From contig CAXHJY010000401.1 of NCBI GenBank assembly GCA_964016885.1, positions 1 to 64,000 on the forward strand: a stretch of DNA of 64,000 nucleotides. Reading direction: 5' to 3'. A model generated the notes under the pieces. The model was not told the DNA's origin. It worked only from the letters and a program-made list of their open reading frames with translations, and made no database searches. Of this stretch, positions 27,268 to 44,340 are shown piece after piece; positions within the stretch are counted from its first letter, which is position 1, and each line of letters opens with the position of its first letter. The position numbers and the translations under genes were made by a program. Source of the DNA: Eledone cirrhosa. Taxonomy: Eukaryota.

Positions 27268-27342
27268 ACCAGTGTATTACTGGTACTTTATTTTACCGAC
27301 CCCGTAAGGATGAAAAGCAAAGCTAACCTTGGCGAGATTTCA
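27268..27342 (-). mobile_element. tRNA-SINE fragment, same family as 20338; further fragments at ~680-770, 32805-32920, 45985-46060 and 62611-62680
   Basis: ctggtactttattttaccgaccccgtaaggatgaaa. Confidence 0.75.
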
Positions 27343-27409
27343 AGATTTTTTTAATCCGATATTTCATATAGCTTAGGGCCTCGGCAGCTGAAACTCGGGT
27401 CCTCCGCCA

Positions 27410-28025
27410 ACCACATTATGTAGTGTACTGGGAGCTTTTGTCGTGGCACCAGCACGACCACATTATGTAGTGGACTGGGTGCTTTTGTCGTGACACCAAC
27501 ACGACCACCTTACAGGGTGGGCTTGGATCTTTTCTCGTGTCACCAGCAAGACCACATTACAGTGTGTACTTGGAGCTTTTGTCGTGTCACCAGCAAGACA
27601 ACATTACAGGGTGGACTGGGTGCTTTTTGTAGTGGCGCCAGCCCGACCACCTTACAGAGTGGACGGGGTGCTTTTTGTCGTGGCACCAACACGACCACCT
27701 TACAGGATGGACTGGGTGCTTTTTGTAGTGGCACCAGCAAGACCACATTACATGGTGGACTGGGTGCTTTTTGTCGAGGCACCAACACGACCACCTTACA
27801 GGATGGACTGGGTGCTTTTTGTAGTGGCACCAGCAAGACCACATTACATGGTGGACTGGGTGCTTTTTGTCGTGGCACCAGCACGACCACCTTACAGGAT
27901 GGACTGGGTGCTTTTTGTAGTGGCACCAGCAAGACCACATTACACGGTGGACTGGGTGCTTTTTGTCGAGGCACCAACACGACCACCTTACAGGGTGGAC
28001 TGGGTGCTTTTTGTCGTGGAACCAT
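27410..28025. repeat. 48-bp minisatellite with an A/B dimer structure
   Basis: Unit ggactgggtgctttttgt(a/c)gtggcacca(g/a)ca(a/c)gaccac(a/c)ttaca; about 12 copies; similar to the reverse complement of 1330-1410. Confidence 0.9.
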
Positions 28026-28147
28026 CACTTTGGCTGACGTGTCATGGAAGTGTTTATATGTGTATGTGTGTGCGTATATATATGTATGTTAATACACACA
28101 CAATTATATATTTATATATACATACCTGCAGCTATACATATATACAA

Positions 28148-28213
<66 letters not shown>

Positions 28214-28891
28214 CTGCAGATATACATATATAATTACGGAGTTGATGTCTAAATTCCGATGAAAGAGTGTTGTTCTGTTAGAAATTCTTTCTCTCTCTCT
28301 CTCTCCCTCTCTTTCTCTATCTCTCCCTCTCTCCCTCCCCCCTCTCCCCCTCTCCCTATCTCCCTCCCCCTCTCTCCCCTCTCCCTCTCTCCCCCCCTCT
28401 CCCTCATACATACCTACATACATACCTACATACATACATAACTACATGCATGCATGCATACATGCATACATACATGCATATATACATGCATACATGCATA
28501 CATGCATACATACATACATACACACATACACACACATATGTATATATATATATATATATACATACATACACACACACATATGTGTGTATATATATATATA
28601 TATATACATAAGCGTATATAGAGAGTTGGAATGTGTTTACAAACAGAATAACACTCCTTTTAATAACAACGACTATTGCGATGGTAATAATGATAACAGG
28701 GAACTAGAGACGGGGGGAGGGGCGAGGGGAGAGGGATAATTGAGGAGGGTGACGGTTGAAGGGGTGAGGGGTGAGAGGGAAGGGATGAAGACGAGGGGTG
28801 GGGATGAAGTGGAGGAGAATCAAAATGGTCGATAGCAAAAACAAAAGATGTTAAATGAATTGAAGAAATAAACACACACATTTTACAGCAC

Positions 28892-28924
<33 letters not shown>

Positions 28925-29271
28925 GACACACACAGACACACAGACACACAGACACACACACACATACATACACACACACACAGACACACACATAAATATA
29001 TATATATATAGGCATACGCATACCTATAAATATTTATACATATATATAGATACATATACACATCACATTTTATACACCCCCCCCCTACATATATATATAT
29101 ATCATACATATATATGTAAATGTGTGTATAGATATATATATACACACACATATATGTGTGTATACATACATACATATTTATATATGTATATAATATATAT
29201 GTATAAATATTTATTTATATATATGTGTGTGTGTGTGTGTGTTTATATGTATAAATATTTCTCTCTCTCTC

Positions 29272-29326
<55 letters not shown>

Positions 29327-29909
29327 ACACACACACCATGCCATCGAAGATGTGATTATTATCAAGATGTTGTCTTGATGGAGTTTTTAAGTAAAAAAAA
29401 AAATTGTTTATTTTGAAAGAAACACTACCACTACACCACCATCACTACTATCACTACACCACCACTACCACTACACCACCACTACCACCACTACTACCAC
29501 CACTACTACCACTACACCACCACCGCCACTACTCCACCACAATACCACCACTACCACCACTACGCCACTACCACCACTACACCACCACCACTACCACCAC
29601 TACACCACCACCACTACACCACTACACCATCACTACACCATCACCACCACCACCACCACCACTACCATCACCACCACCACACCACCACCACCACCACCAC
29701 ACCACACCACCACCACACCACACCACCACCACCACACCACCTCCACCACCACACCACCACCACCATGCTATATCTCACTCTTTATGATATCTTTGTTACA
29801 AATAATAATAATAATTATAACAATATTATTGTTGTTAGTGTTATTAATATTTTTGTTGTCAACGAATGACAACTGTAAACCGGAAGTAAATGGAGTTAGA
29901 AAGATATAG

Positions 29910-29957
<48 letters not shown>

Positions 29958-29992
29958 ATTTTTCAGACCCATGGTTTTTTACATATTCCTTT

Positions 29993-30068
29993 GTTATATT
30001 CCAATACCTGATGATATCACCGGATTCATATGGAACCTGGTCATTGAAATGATCATAGTGTAATAAAC
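29993..30068 (+). ncRNA. Type I hammerhead ribozyme motif
   Basis: tac-CTGATGA-tatcaccggattc atatg gaacctggtcatt-GAAA-tgatca-TA-gtg. Palindrome ATGATCAT; short helix I; mismatched base of helix II. Confidence 0.68.
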
Positions 30069-30191
30069 CTTTCAAGGATTTACACCAGTCCAGCCTCCTG
30101 TTATTTTATTTCATTTATTTATATATTTATATATATATATATATATATTAATTCAAAATATTAACAAAATAGACATTCTTGTGATCAAGCA

Positions 30192-30258
30192 TATTTTATT
30201 ATACATATTTCAGAGGCACTGAGCTAACTTCAATAGTACGTCCTCATCAGATAAAACA
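30192..30258 (-). ncRNA. Type I hammerhead ribozyme, related to those at 155 and 26282
   Basis: Reverse complement: tgttttat-CTGATGA-ggacgtact..agtgcctct-GAAA-tatgta-TA-ataaaata; all three helices pair. Confidence 0.8.
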
Positions 30259-30363
30259 AGAGGATGCATGACATACCCTGACATAGTAGATGGTTAAGAT
30301 CTATTGTAAAAACTCATTGTAAAACTCATTCTTTGATTTATTCATTGAACCTTATTTAACCTT

Positions 30364-30401
<38 letters not shown>

Positions 30402-31102
30402 AATAAAGATTCAGCGAGAATCGCATTTCGGCGGGCAGGAAAAACGAAACGCAAAAATCAAAAATGATACTGGCAAAGGGCTCAATAGTTAAAAACCAGA
30501 GCTAAACAATGTGTTAAGAAGCCATACAAAACTGAAAAAGGTGGTCCAGAAGGCATTAACCACCCAAGCCAAAAACCAAATCAAGTTAAACAGGTCAAAA
30601 AAAAATAAATGATAACCACACCTGGACTACCGGAATTGCTGTTAAAATCCGATGTAGAGTTTCTGTGACACCTAAATCAAAATACAGTCTGCTTAAAAAT
30701 ATAAGCTTTGGGTATAATGATCGAACAAGGAATATCGCGTTATCAACAGGTATTTCGCTCTGTACCAAATAAGTGAATGACACGGTGGTAAGTTAAACCA
30801 CGTGTGGAAATCACAAGATATATATATATATAACATTTATATATACACATATGTTTGATTAAAATGAAATATACTTATTCAAGTACCCTGGGCAACGTAG
30901 TTTCAGAATATATATGGTTATATGGGGGGGGGGGGAGGTCTATCTCCAAAACCATAGGAGGAGTTCGTGAACAAACAGACAGGAATACAACTTTATATAT
31001 ATAGAGATGTATATATTATATATACATATATATGTGTATATGTATGTATGTATATATATAAGTATATGTATATGTATATATATGTATATGTATATATATA
31101 TG

Positions 31103-31135
<33 letters not shown>

Positions 31136-31140
31136 GTATA

Positions 31141-31176
<36 letters not shown>

Positions 31177-31252
31177 TGTATGTATGTATATATATATATA
31201 TATATGTATATGTATGTATGTATGTATATATATATATATATGTATATGTATG

Positions 31253-31283
<31 letters not shown>

Positions 31284-31752
31284 GTATATGTATGTATATA
31301 TGTATATGTATATATGTACATATATATATATGTATGTATATGTGTACATATATAAATGTATATATATATGTATGTATATGTGTACATATATATATATATA
31401 TGTATGTATATGTGTACATATATATGTATATATGTGTACATATATATATATATGTATATATGTGTATATATATATATATATGTATATATGTGTACATATA
31501 TATATATGTATATGTGTACATATATATATATGTATATATGTGTACATATATATATATATGTATATATGTGTACATATATATATATATGTATATATGTGTA
31601 CATATATATATATATGTATATATGTGTATATATATGCACACACACGTGTATGTATGTACATATATATATATACACACACACACACACATACACATGTGTA
31701 TGTATGTACACACACACACACACACGTGTATGTACACACACACATATATATC

Positions 31753-31783
<31 letters not shown>

Positions 31784-32119
31784 AAGTTGACGGAACTAGC
31801 ATATACATAGAATAGATATATGCTGACATCGAGAGGAACATAGAAAAGTGTGTATTAAGTGGGATATTGAAACATCTGGATTACGGGTGGACTGTATACC
31901 GTCAGAATATAATATAAATGTAGAGATGACAAAAAACTGGTTTATTGAATGAGTGAGGGTGGTGGTGGTGGTGGTGGTGGGAGGTAGAGGGGAGGGGGTG
32001 GGAGGGGGAAGGGGAGAGGGTAGAAAGGAAATGGACATTTTTAGAGTATATATATATATATAATACCCATATACACGTATGTATGTATATATATATATGT
32101 ATGTATGTGTGTATATATT

Positions 32120-32165
<46 letters not shown>

Positions 32166-32178
32166 CATATAGATGTGT

Positions 32179-32214
<36 letters not shown>

Positions 32215-32250
32215 TTGCATGTAATATATATATATATATGTATGTGTGTG

Positions 32251-32339
<89 letters not shown>

Positions 32340-32350
32340 GTGTGTATATA

Positions 32351-32427
<77 letters not shown>

Positions 32428-32434
32428 ATATATG

Positions 32435-32469
<35 letters not shown>

Positions 32470-32660
32470 ATATATACATATAGATGTGTACACACACATA
32501 TATATATATATATATATATGCATGTAATATATATATATATACACATATACATACAGACATATATATACATATGTATGTATATATAAAAGTAGTTGTACCA
32601 GTAGTATTGGTTGTTGTCATAGTAAAGCCCCCCTCTCTCTCTCTCTCTATATATATATAT

Positions 32661-32698
<38 letters not shown>

Positions 32699-32979
32699 AT
32701 ATATAATATACACACACACACATTGACAAAAGCCTGTGGGAAATTCTTGTAGATATATTATGAACAATAACGCCAACAACAACAACACTAGTTGTATTTC
32801 TCCCTAATTTAAGCACAAGGCCGGCAAATCTGGGGAAGAGGGGCAGGTTTGGTGAAATTGACCCCAGTTTTTGACTGGTACTTTATTTTGTTGACCCTTA
32901 CAACGATGAACGATTTAGTTGACATCAGGATTTGATCTCACTGCCAGAACAATTACCATCACCATACAACAATCTATTT

Positions 32980-34270
32980 CTACTACTGCTACTGCTACTG
33001 CTACTGCTACTACCACTACTACTATGATCGCCACCACTACCACCACCAACACTACCAATAACAACACCACCACAACCACCAACAACACCACCACCACCAC
33101 CACCACAACAGCACCAACAACACCACCACCACAACAGCACCAACACCACCACCACCACCACCACCACAATACCAACACCACCACCACAACACCACAACAC
33201 CACCAACACCACCACCACAACACCACCAACACCACCACCACCACCACAATACCAACACCACCACCACAACACCAACACCACCACCACAACACCACCAACA
33301 CCACCACCACCAACACCACCACCACCAACACCACCACCACCACCACAATACCAACACCAACACCAACACCACCACCACAACACCACCACCACACCACCAC
33401 CACAACACCACAACACCACCAACACCACCACCACCAACACCACCACCACCAACACCACCACCACCAACACCACCACCACCACCACAATACCAACACCAAC
33501 ACCAACACCACAACACCAACACCACCACCACACCACCACCACAACACCACAAACACCACCACCACAACACCAACACCACCACCACAACACCACCAACACC
33601 ACCACAACACCACCAACACCACCACCACCACCACCACCACCACCACCACCACAATACCAACACCACCACCACAACACCAACACCACCACCACAACACCAC
33701 CAACACCACCACCACAACACCACCAACACCACCACCACCACAATACCAACACCACCACCACAACACCAACACCACCACCACCAACACCACCACCACCAAC
33801 ACCACCACCACCACCACCACCACCACCACAACCACAATACCAACACCAACACCACAACACCAACACCAACACCACAACACCACCAACACCACCACCACAA
33901 CACCACCAACACCACCACCACAACACCACCACAATACCAACACCACCACCACAACACCACCACCACAACACCACCACAATACCAACAACAACACCACAAC
34001 ACCAACACCACCACCACAACACCACCAACACCACCACCACCACCACCACAACACCAACACCAAAACCACAACACCACCACCACCACAACACCAACACCAA
34101 CACCACAACACCAACACCAACACCACAACACCAACACCACAACACCAACACGACCACCACCACTACCAACAACACAACACAACCACCACCAACACCAACA
34201 CCACCACCACCACCACCACCACCACCACCACCACCACCACCACCGACAACAACACCACCCACAACAACAA
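32980..34270. repeat. (CAC/CAA)n compound repeat
   Basis: Direct inspection. Confidence 0.95.
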
Positions 34271-34399
34271 CCGGGCGTGCCACACCACAGCGTCACCACA
34301 TTTCCCCGGGGGCCCCACACCACCCGGGGGGCTGCCATACCACAGCGACACTACAACACCCCGGGGGGTGCCCCGCCACCCTTGTCTTATACTTATGTG

Positions 34400-36190
<1,791 letters not shown>

Positions 36191-37039
36191 AGATCCTGTA
36201 TTTACTTTTTAAAATACCTTACTTGAACTCGTCCGTGAAAACCTCTTCTTATGTCGACTGACCCAAATACAACCCTGTAGTGGTGGTGGTACTGGTGGTG
36301 GTGGTATAGTGGTGGTGGTGGTGGTGGTGGTGGTGGTGGTGGTGGTAGTGGTGGTGGTATAGTAGTAGTGGTGGTGGTGGTGGTGGTATAGTGGTGGTGT
36401 TGGTGGTGGTATAGTAGTGGTGGTGGTGGTGGTGGTATAGTAGTGGTGGTGGTGGTATAGTAGTGGTGGTGGTGGTGGTGGTATAGTAGTGGTGGTGTAG
36501 TAGGGGTGGTCGTAGTGTTGGTGGTAGTGTTGGTGGTGGTAGTGTTGGTGGTAGTGTTGGTGGTGGTAGTGGTGGTGTGGTGGTGTGTGGTGGTATAGTA
36601 GTGGTGGTGTAGTAGGGATGGTCGTAGTGATGGTGGTGGTGTAGTGGTGGTGTTAGTGTAGCTAGTGGTGTAGTGGTGGTGATAGTGATGGTGTTTGTGG
36701 CGGTGAGGGTTCGTATGCTGATACTGGTGCCTGGCTCGGATTATGCTCCCATTATATATACATATATACCATATATATACACACACATATATATATATTT
36801 ATATATATATATATATCAAATGTAGAATAGTAACACACGAGTTGATATATATATATATATAAACAAATAGTAGAAAGGAAAAAGATTCTTTCAGTAGAAA
36901 ATGTTGAAGAGCTTTTTTTTTCGTGAGATATCAAAACATTAATTTATTTCCAAAACCGGTTTCAGCATTGTATGCATTGTCTATTGCAGATATGCAGAAT
37001 ATTGTTAAGTTGCATATTTGTACAGATAGTGATAATTTT

Positions 37040-37195
37040 TTCTACTTTTGGCACAAGGCCAGCAAATACCCAGTGCATTACTGGTACTTTATTTTATCGA
37101 CCCCGTAAGGATGAAAGGTAAAGTTAACCCCGGCGAGATCTGAACTCTATGCTGCAAAGCATGGCGTCAACCCTCTACCGATGCTGCCAATCCAC
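37040..37195 (-). mobile_element. tRNA-derived SINE copy
   Basis: Reverse complement of the 20338 family (ggcacaaggccagcaa..ctggtactttattttatcgaccccgtaagg..ccctctaccga). Confidence 0.8.
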
Positions 37196-37790
37196 CATAT
37201 ATAATAATATGAGGACGATGTGTTACGTCTTCATTACGTTTATTGATTGGTTTATTCTGTCATTGCAACAGCCGAGGTTCGACGATCTTGTGATTCCAGA
37301 GTCGGGCCAGATCGATACAGAACGAACGTTGAGCTGATCAATAGCGAAACACGCGTCACCAATCAATAAACAAATCGTCCTTATATATAGAGAGGAAATA
37401 CAGTAAACAAACAAAGATGGTACGGCTACTCTCTCTCCTACTTCCTCCCTTTGACCTATGCGAAATTCTTTCCTCACTCACATTTCGACCAGGTCGGATG
37501 GTCTTTATTCTCTCTCGTCCACGATTTCACAGGACTTATGTTCATCGATTTCAGGGAGTTGACTCCTTCTACCACACTTTTCGTTGCATTACCAATTTTG
37601 TTTGTTTACTGTCTCGCTCGTTCCCCCTATTTACGTGTCCCAACGACTTTCTTTAGCCGTTGCTCGCCCCAACCAGAGGTATATGGTCTTTAAAGCGATG
37701 AAATACCAATGAAGGCTGGAAGATCACTGATGAGGGACTAAATTTATACATATGTAACCCATTTGCAACCACGCAGCACGCCATGTTTTC

Positions 37791-37824
<34 letters not shown>

Positions 37825-37853
37825 GTGTTTATATATATGTATATATACATATA

Positions 37854-38180
<327 letters not shown>

Positions 38181-38492
38181 GTATATGTATATATATATAT
38201 ATGTATGTATATATATATATGTATGTATATATATATATAAATCTATATATACACACAAGTGTTTATATATATAAATCTATATATACACACATGTGTTTAT
38301 ATATATAAATCTATATATACACACATGTGTTTATATATATAAATCTATATATACACACATGTGTTTATATATATAAATCTATATATACACATATATATGT
38401 ATATATATAAATCTATATATATATATTTATGTGTGTGTGTATATAAAGTGAAGAGAAACAATAATATATATTAAATATTCCATTATAATCAC

Positions 38493-38575
<83 letters not shown>

Positions 38576-38597
38576 TGTGTGTGAATGTGTCACATAC

Positions 38598-38631
<34 letters not shown>

Positions 38632-38944
38632 AGGACGACAACAGCAACAAGAAGGACAAACCCCCGATACCCTAGGCCCAGTTCGTTCATTACCCCTATT
38701 ATGTTAGACATGAACAACAACGTGATGAAAATTGACTTCCATTTTTTTGTGACAGTCACACACCATAACTTAGTGTGTCATGGCGGCAGTACAACAGGGT
38801 ATTCGCTCTCCAGTATAAGAAGGCGAGATATTATATTATCATAGACTCGGCTTATATCTGTCTCTCTCGTTCTTTCTATGTCGGTCTTTCTTTGTGTGTG
38901 TTGTGTTTGTTGTGTCTCTGTGTGTGTATATATACATATATATA

Positions 38945-38994
<50 letters not shown>

Positions 38995-39084
38995 TATGTG
39001 TGTGTGTCTGTGTGTGTGTGTGTATATATATATGTGTGTGTATATATATATGTGTCAGTGTGTATATATATATGTGTCAGTGTG

Positions 39085-39133
<49 letters not shown>

Positions 39134-39296
39134 ATATATGTGTGTGTATATATGTGTGTGTGTATATATATATATATACATATATATATGTGTGTGTGTC
39201 TGTGTGTGTATATACATATATATGTGTGTGTGTGTATATATATATGTGTCAGTGTGTGTGTGTATATATGTATATATATATATGTGTGTGTGTGTG

Positions 39297-39329
<33 letters not shown>

Positions 39330-39444
39330 ATATATATGTGTGTGTGTATATATATATATACATATATATGTGTGTGTCTGTGTGTGTATATACATATATG
39401 TGTGTGTATATATATATGTGTCAGTGTGTGTGTATATATATATG

Positions 39445-39492
<48 letters not shown>

Positions 39493-39498
39493 CATATA

Positions 39499-39529
<31 letters not shown>

Positions 39530-39854
39530 GTGTGTGTCAGTGTGTGTGTGTGTATATATATATGTATTTATATATGGTTGTATATATATTTGTGTTTGTG
39601 TGTTGTGTGTGCATATATATGAAGATATAATTATGTATGTACATGCGTGTGTATATATATATACATACATATGTAGGCACATGTATGCCTCTCTGTGTGT
39701 ATATGTGCTGCTGGGGGGGGGGGATATACGTGCGTATAATGTGTCAATGTGTGAGCGACAACTATACGTTTACAAAGCCATATCTAATGGTTTATATATC
39801 TGATTACCCCCTCCACCACACACATAGACACACACACACACTCACACACACACA

Positions 39855-39888
<34 letters not shown>

Positions 39889-39990
39889 TATATATATATA
39901 CACAGGTCGCCCCTTTTCACACTTCAGATATAACAGTGTCTTAAGCACTTTATTCCTTTTGTCAGAGAAACGTAAGCGAGCGTAGTGTGT

Positions 39991-40072
<82 letters not shown>

Positions 40073-40430
40073 AATATATATATATATGTATATATATGTA
40101 TACAGTATATATATACTTATATACCTGCTTACATGTATGTACACACATGCAGTTAGATAGATATTAGATATACGTATTTATATATCTCTCTCTCTCTATA
40201 TATATATGTGTGTGTATACACACACATACATACATACATACATATATATATATATATACATACATACGTATATACCTATATACCTACAAAGAAACATATA
40301 TATATGAAACAGTTCTAGTCCTGTAGAAGCCATTTCTATATTAAATATTTATACTCTGCTATGTATTGTGTACCTTACTTACTGTGGTCACCTCCGATTG
40401 AACCCGAGCAACACACACACACAGGCGCAC

Positions 40431-40522
<92 letters not shown>

Positions 40523-40525
<3 letters not shown>

Positions 40526-40701
40526 ACAAAGAGGGTGTGGTTAGGGTACAAGATGGACCATAACGCACCATAGTACTCAATACTTAGGGTAGTAGTGTGG
40601 GTAATAGGAAAAGAGTCAGGACCTCAGCGGCTGAGCTCCTGTTAGATCCGATTTAGTTCGAAACGGCCGGAGCTCAGCCGTCGGGGTCGTAGCTCTTTTC
40701 T

Positions 40702-40703
<2 letters not shown>
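40523..40703 (-). mobile_element. Family A, copy 4 (diverged)
   Basis: agatggaccataacgcaccatagtactcaatacttaggg..gaaacggccggagctcagccgtcgggg. Confidence 0.75.
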
Positions 40704-40771
<68 letters not shown>

Positions 40772-40780
40772 CACATATAC

Positions 40781-40812
<32 letters not shown>

Positions 40813-41052
40813 CCTAATATGATTGTATTTGCTTGTATCCGATGCTCTACCTGGTCTGCCACCCGACCAATATATATATTTTACGAATTGTATATCATCG
40901 TTGTCCAACAGGGATCGATATTTCTGGAATCGTTCGATCAATATTCGATGATACACAGAAGTAATTGGTTTCCTTTGAGTGGCAACTATTAATTCGATTT
41001 TGAAAATACATCGTTTAGAAGGTATTGACTGCTTGTCGGAATCAGAGAGAGA

Positions 41053-41094
<42 letters not shown>

Positions 41095-41097
<3 letters not shown>

Positions 41098-41260
41098 CCA
41101 AAAAAGAGGTATAAGGATTCGTTGAAAGACGCTAACATCTCTGCTGATCGTAATAAATGGAGAAAGACTGTACATGAGGAGGAAAGCTGCCTTTGAGGCA
41201 TCTCGAATCACATACGAGAAAATCAAAAGGGATCTGATGAAGGGCATTGGTGCTGCATTT
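41095..41260 (+). mobile_element. RTE-like LINE C-terminal fragment
   Basis: Encodes [44 protein letters not shown] with one frameshift. Confidence 0.65.
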
Positions 41261-41564
41261 CCCAGCAGCGAAGGGCTTCCTATGGTTTCCTAACTAGAAT
41301 ATTAGTCTAATGACTTCATTTATACCATAAACATGGTTTTGTCTTTGCGTGAAATTGTTCTCTACGCTCCTCATAACAATGTATTATCTTCGCTTTTTTT
41401 CCGTTCATTGCCAGGGAACGTCTTCACGAACCAAAGTATCGGTTGCAACGTTTTGCTAAATATTTACTTCTGCGTTTAGATTGATTTTTTTTTAGTTTCA
41501 GAAGATCTCGTTAAAGGTGAAAGCAGCGATTCTTTGCTTAAACTTTAATCTGTTATTTTAATAA

Positions 41565-41626
<62 letters not shown>

Positions 41627-42139
41627 AAATGAGTTGTTTTTTTTCGTACACGGGTGAAAGTATAAGGAAAAGAAATTGAAAATGGAACTGGAGTCTTTTA
41701 AGAATAATTATTTATTTACTTTACCGGTTTCACAGTTCTTATGATTTTCAAAAGTAAAATTGAGATGGAGGGTTTGTGTTTCCATTGTGGTTTGTCTCGG
41801 AGGGAGAGACTCCTAGTCTTCATTAAGACATCTCTCTAGGAGAAGGTCACTCTGATATAAAACCTGTGACTTCGTTTGCATCTAATGATGTAGACCAGTT
41901 CTACTTTCTGGGCAAATGTATTTGATGGTCAGAGAGTGGGATTGGCCTCGTGCAAAGCTTTTTCTCACTTAAAAACAGCTTCAAGCATCGCTTGATATGT
42001 GACATTTTTGTGATGCATGGCATGGCTGGCCATAGGCAGGTCCCTAAAAGGCCTATAAGGCCACATCCGTGATGCTCATGCTGAAGTATCAAGTGATGGC
42101 ATTACAGAAAATCAAGTTGCAGCCGTCATCATCAGGTAT

Positions 42140-42440
42140 GTCTGTTCTTCTGGTTTTATAATTTCACAAAGTTTTCCCAATAGAGAGAGAGTCGGTTTCT
42201 AACATAGACACAAGACTCTCTCATTGGAATTTACACATCAACTAGGTAGATATGTATGTGTGTGTGTGTGTATGTATGTAGGTATGTATGTATATATGCA
42301 TGCATGTATGTATGTTCTTCTGGTTTTATAATTTCACAAAGTTTTACCAATAGAGAGAGTCGGTTTCTAACATAGACACAAGACTCTCTCATTGGAATTT
42401 ACACAACATCAACTAGGTTGATATGTATGTATGCATGCAT
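42140..42440. repeat. Tandem duplication of about 170 bp
   Basis: gttcttctggttttataatttcacaaagtttt..catcaactagg occurs twice. Confidence 0.9.
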
Positions 42441-43001
42441 GTGTAGATATGGATGTTATTGTATGTGTGGATGTGGATGTTTTGAGTTGTATGCGTGCAT
42501 GTGTATATGCTTTGTATCTGTACATGTGTATATGCAGTTATTAGATGCAACATTTTAAAAATGTTTTACATATTTTTACTGTTCCATTAATGAATTGTAC
42601 TTGTAATTCCCTAACCCTAACTATGTATGTATGTATTTTGAATTTACAAATCCGTCAAAACATGAACTCGGAGATTTTTCGCGTTCTTCTCATGGACTAT
42701 ATATATGTGTGTGTGTACTATGGACATTGTGTGTGTGTGTGTGTATTATGTGAGAGACACGGTTTTGTTATGACATTACCCACCAGGATAACGACTCGCA
42801 CACAACACTTGTCTTACAACAATTTACTCTTGAAATACTTTCTACTAAAGAGAAGTTATTTTTATTTCTTAGTTCAACTGAGTTTATTATATATATATAT
42901 ATATACATATACATACAAACACACACACATATATATATACACACTCACACATATATATATATATACACTCACACATATATATACACACTCACGCACACAC
43001 G

Positions 43002-43034
<33 letters not shown>

Positions 43035-43829
43035 GCACACACACTCACACGTATATATACTCACACACACACACATATATATATACACACACGAATATAT
43101 ATATGCACACATACTCACACGTATATATACTCACACACACACGTATATATACACACTCACACACACATATATATATATACACACACACATATATATATAT
43201 ATACACACGCACATACGCACACACACTCATATATATTTCCACGACAATACCAAGTTAGCCTTTAGACTTTAAACATTCCAAAAACCTTTGAAGCATGCAT
43301 GAAAAGGATCTGGCAAATCTAAGACTGTGTATGGTGGAGTGAATGAAGGGAAATCACAAGCCGTGTGAAAGAGCGACAATTGTACAGCCAGCAAAACAAT
43401 ACACAATAGAAGCCATCTTGGTTTTTATGTGTGTGACGCGACGCTATTTTTGTCGTTAAGTATTATGAAGTTTTCATCTTTGCTGAATAATGACGTGAGT
43501 TCGTATGAGAAAAATGATTGTGGTCTTTTTTTGTAGCTCTATTCAAGTGAAATTTTCATTGACAAAAAAACAACAAAAAACACACACACACATACACACA
43601 TAGGGAAGAAGAAAAAAATATATATTTGTGTATGTATAAGTATATCTCTCTACACACACGTGTATGTATGTATATGTGTATGTAAAGTGAACTCGTTTCA
43701 GTCGATTGACGACAATATGTGCTGTGTGACTGGATTTTAAGTACAACCAAAATCACTAAAGAATGTTTTTTTTTTCGGTGGGTGGGTGGGGGGGGGGGTT
43801 ACAGTTCCTATAAAACACAATTAAAAATA

Positions 43830-43915
<86 letters not shown>

Positions 43916-44340
43916 TATATATACCAAAGTAAGATATCGTTTAAGGTTACCTCACCTCAGGTTACCAGTAATGTGTACCAAGGAATATATCAACGCACGG
44001 TTCTAGTTGACTCAACAAGATGTTTAGTTAGGTTTTTCTGAAGGTAGATTCCAGAAAGTTCCGTGATTAGTAGTTCTGGGAGTAGCAATAACAGGTAAGA
44101 GCATGATTAACAGGGATAAGCGATATAATAGGGAATAAAACCCTATTATATCGCTTATCTGTGTTAATTATCCTGCTACCTGTTATATACACGTATAGGT
44201 TTGTTTGTTCAACTCTGGATAGAACTGGTCATTCCGTATAGTCAACCGTGATGTAATGTTAGGAAAAGCACTCGACGTGATGCAACTCACCCATCTTCGT
44301 TTATGTTGAATCTTGTTGGTGGTGCGAGAACAGAGTTAGT

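Noticed and set aside
36945-36990. Minus-strand GAAACCGGTT hammerhead-like half
   Set aside because: No recognisable CUGANGA upstream and only one copy.
41234-41275. CTGATGA as a hammerhead core
   Set aside because: It lies in RTE coding sequence with no GAAA, helix III or NUH.
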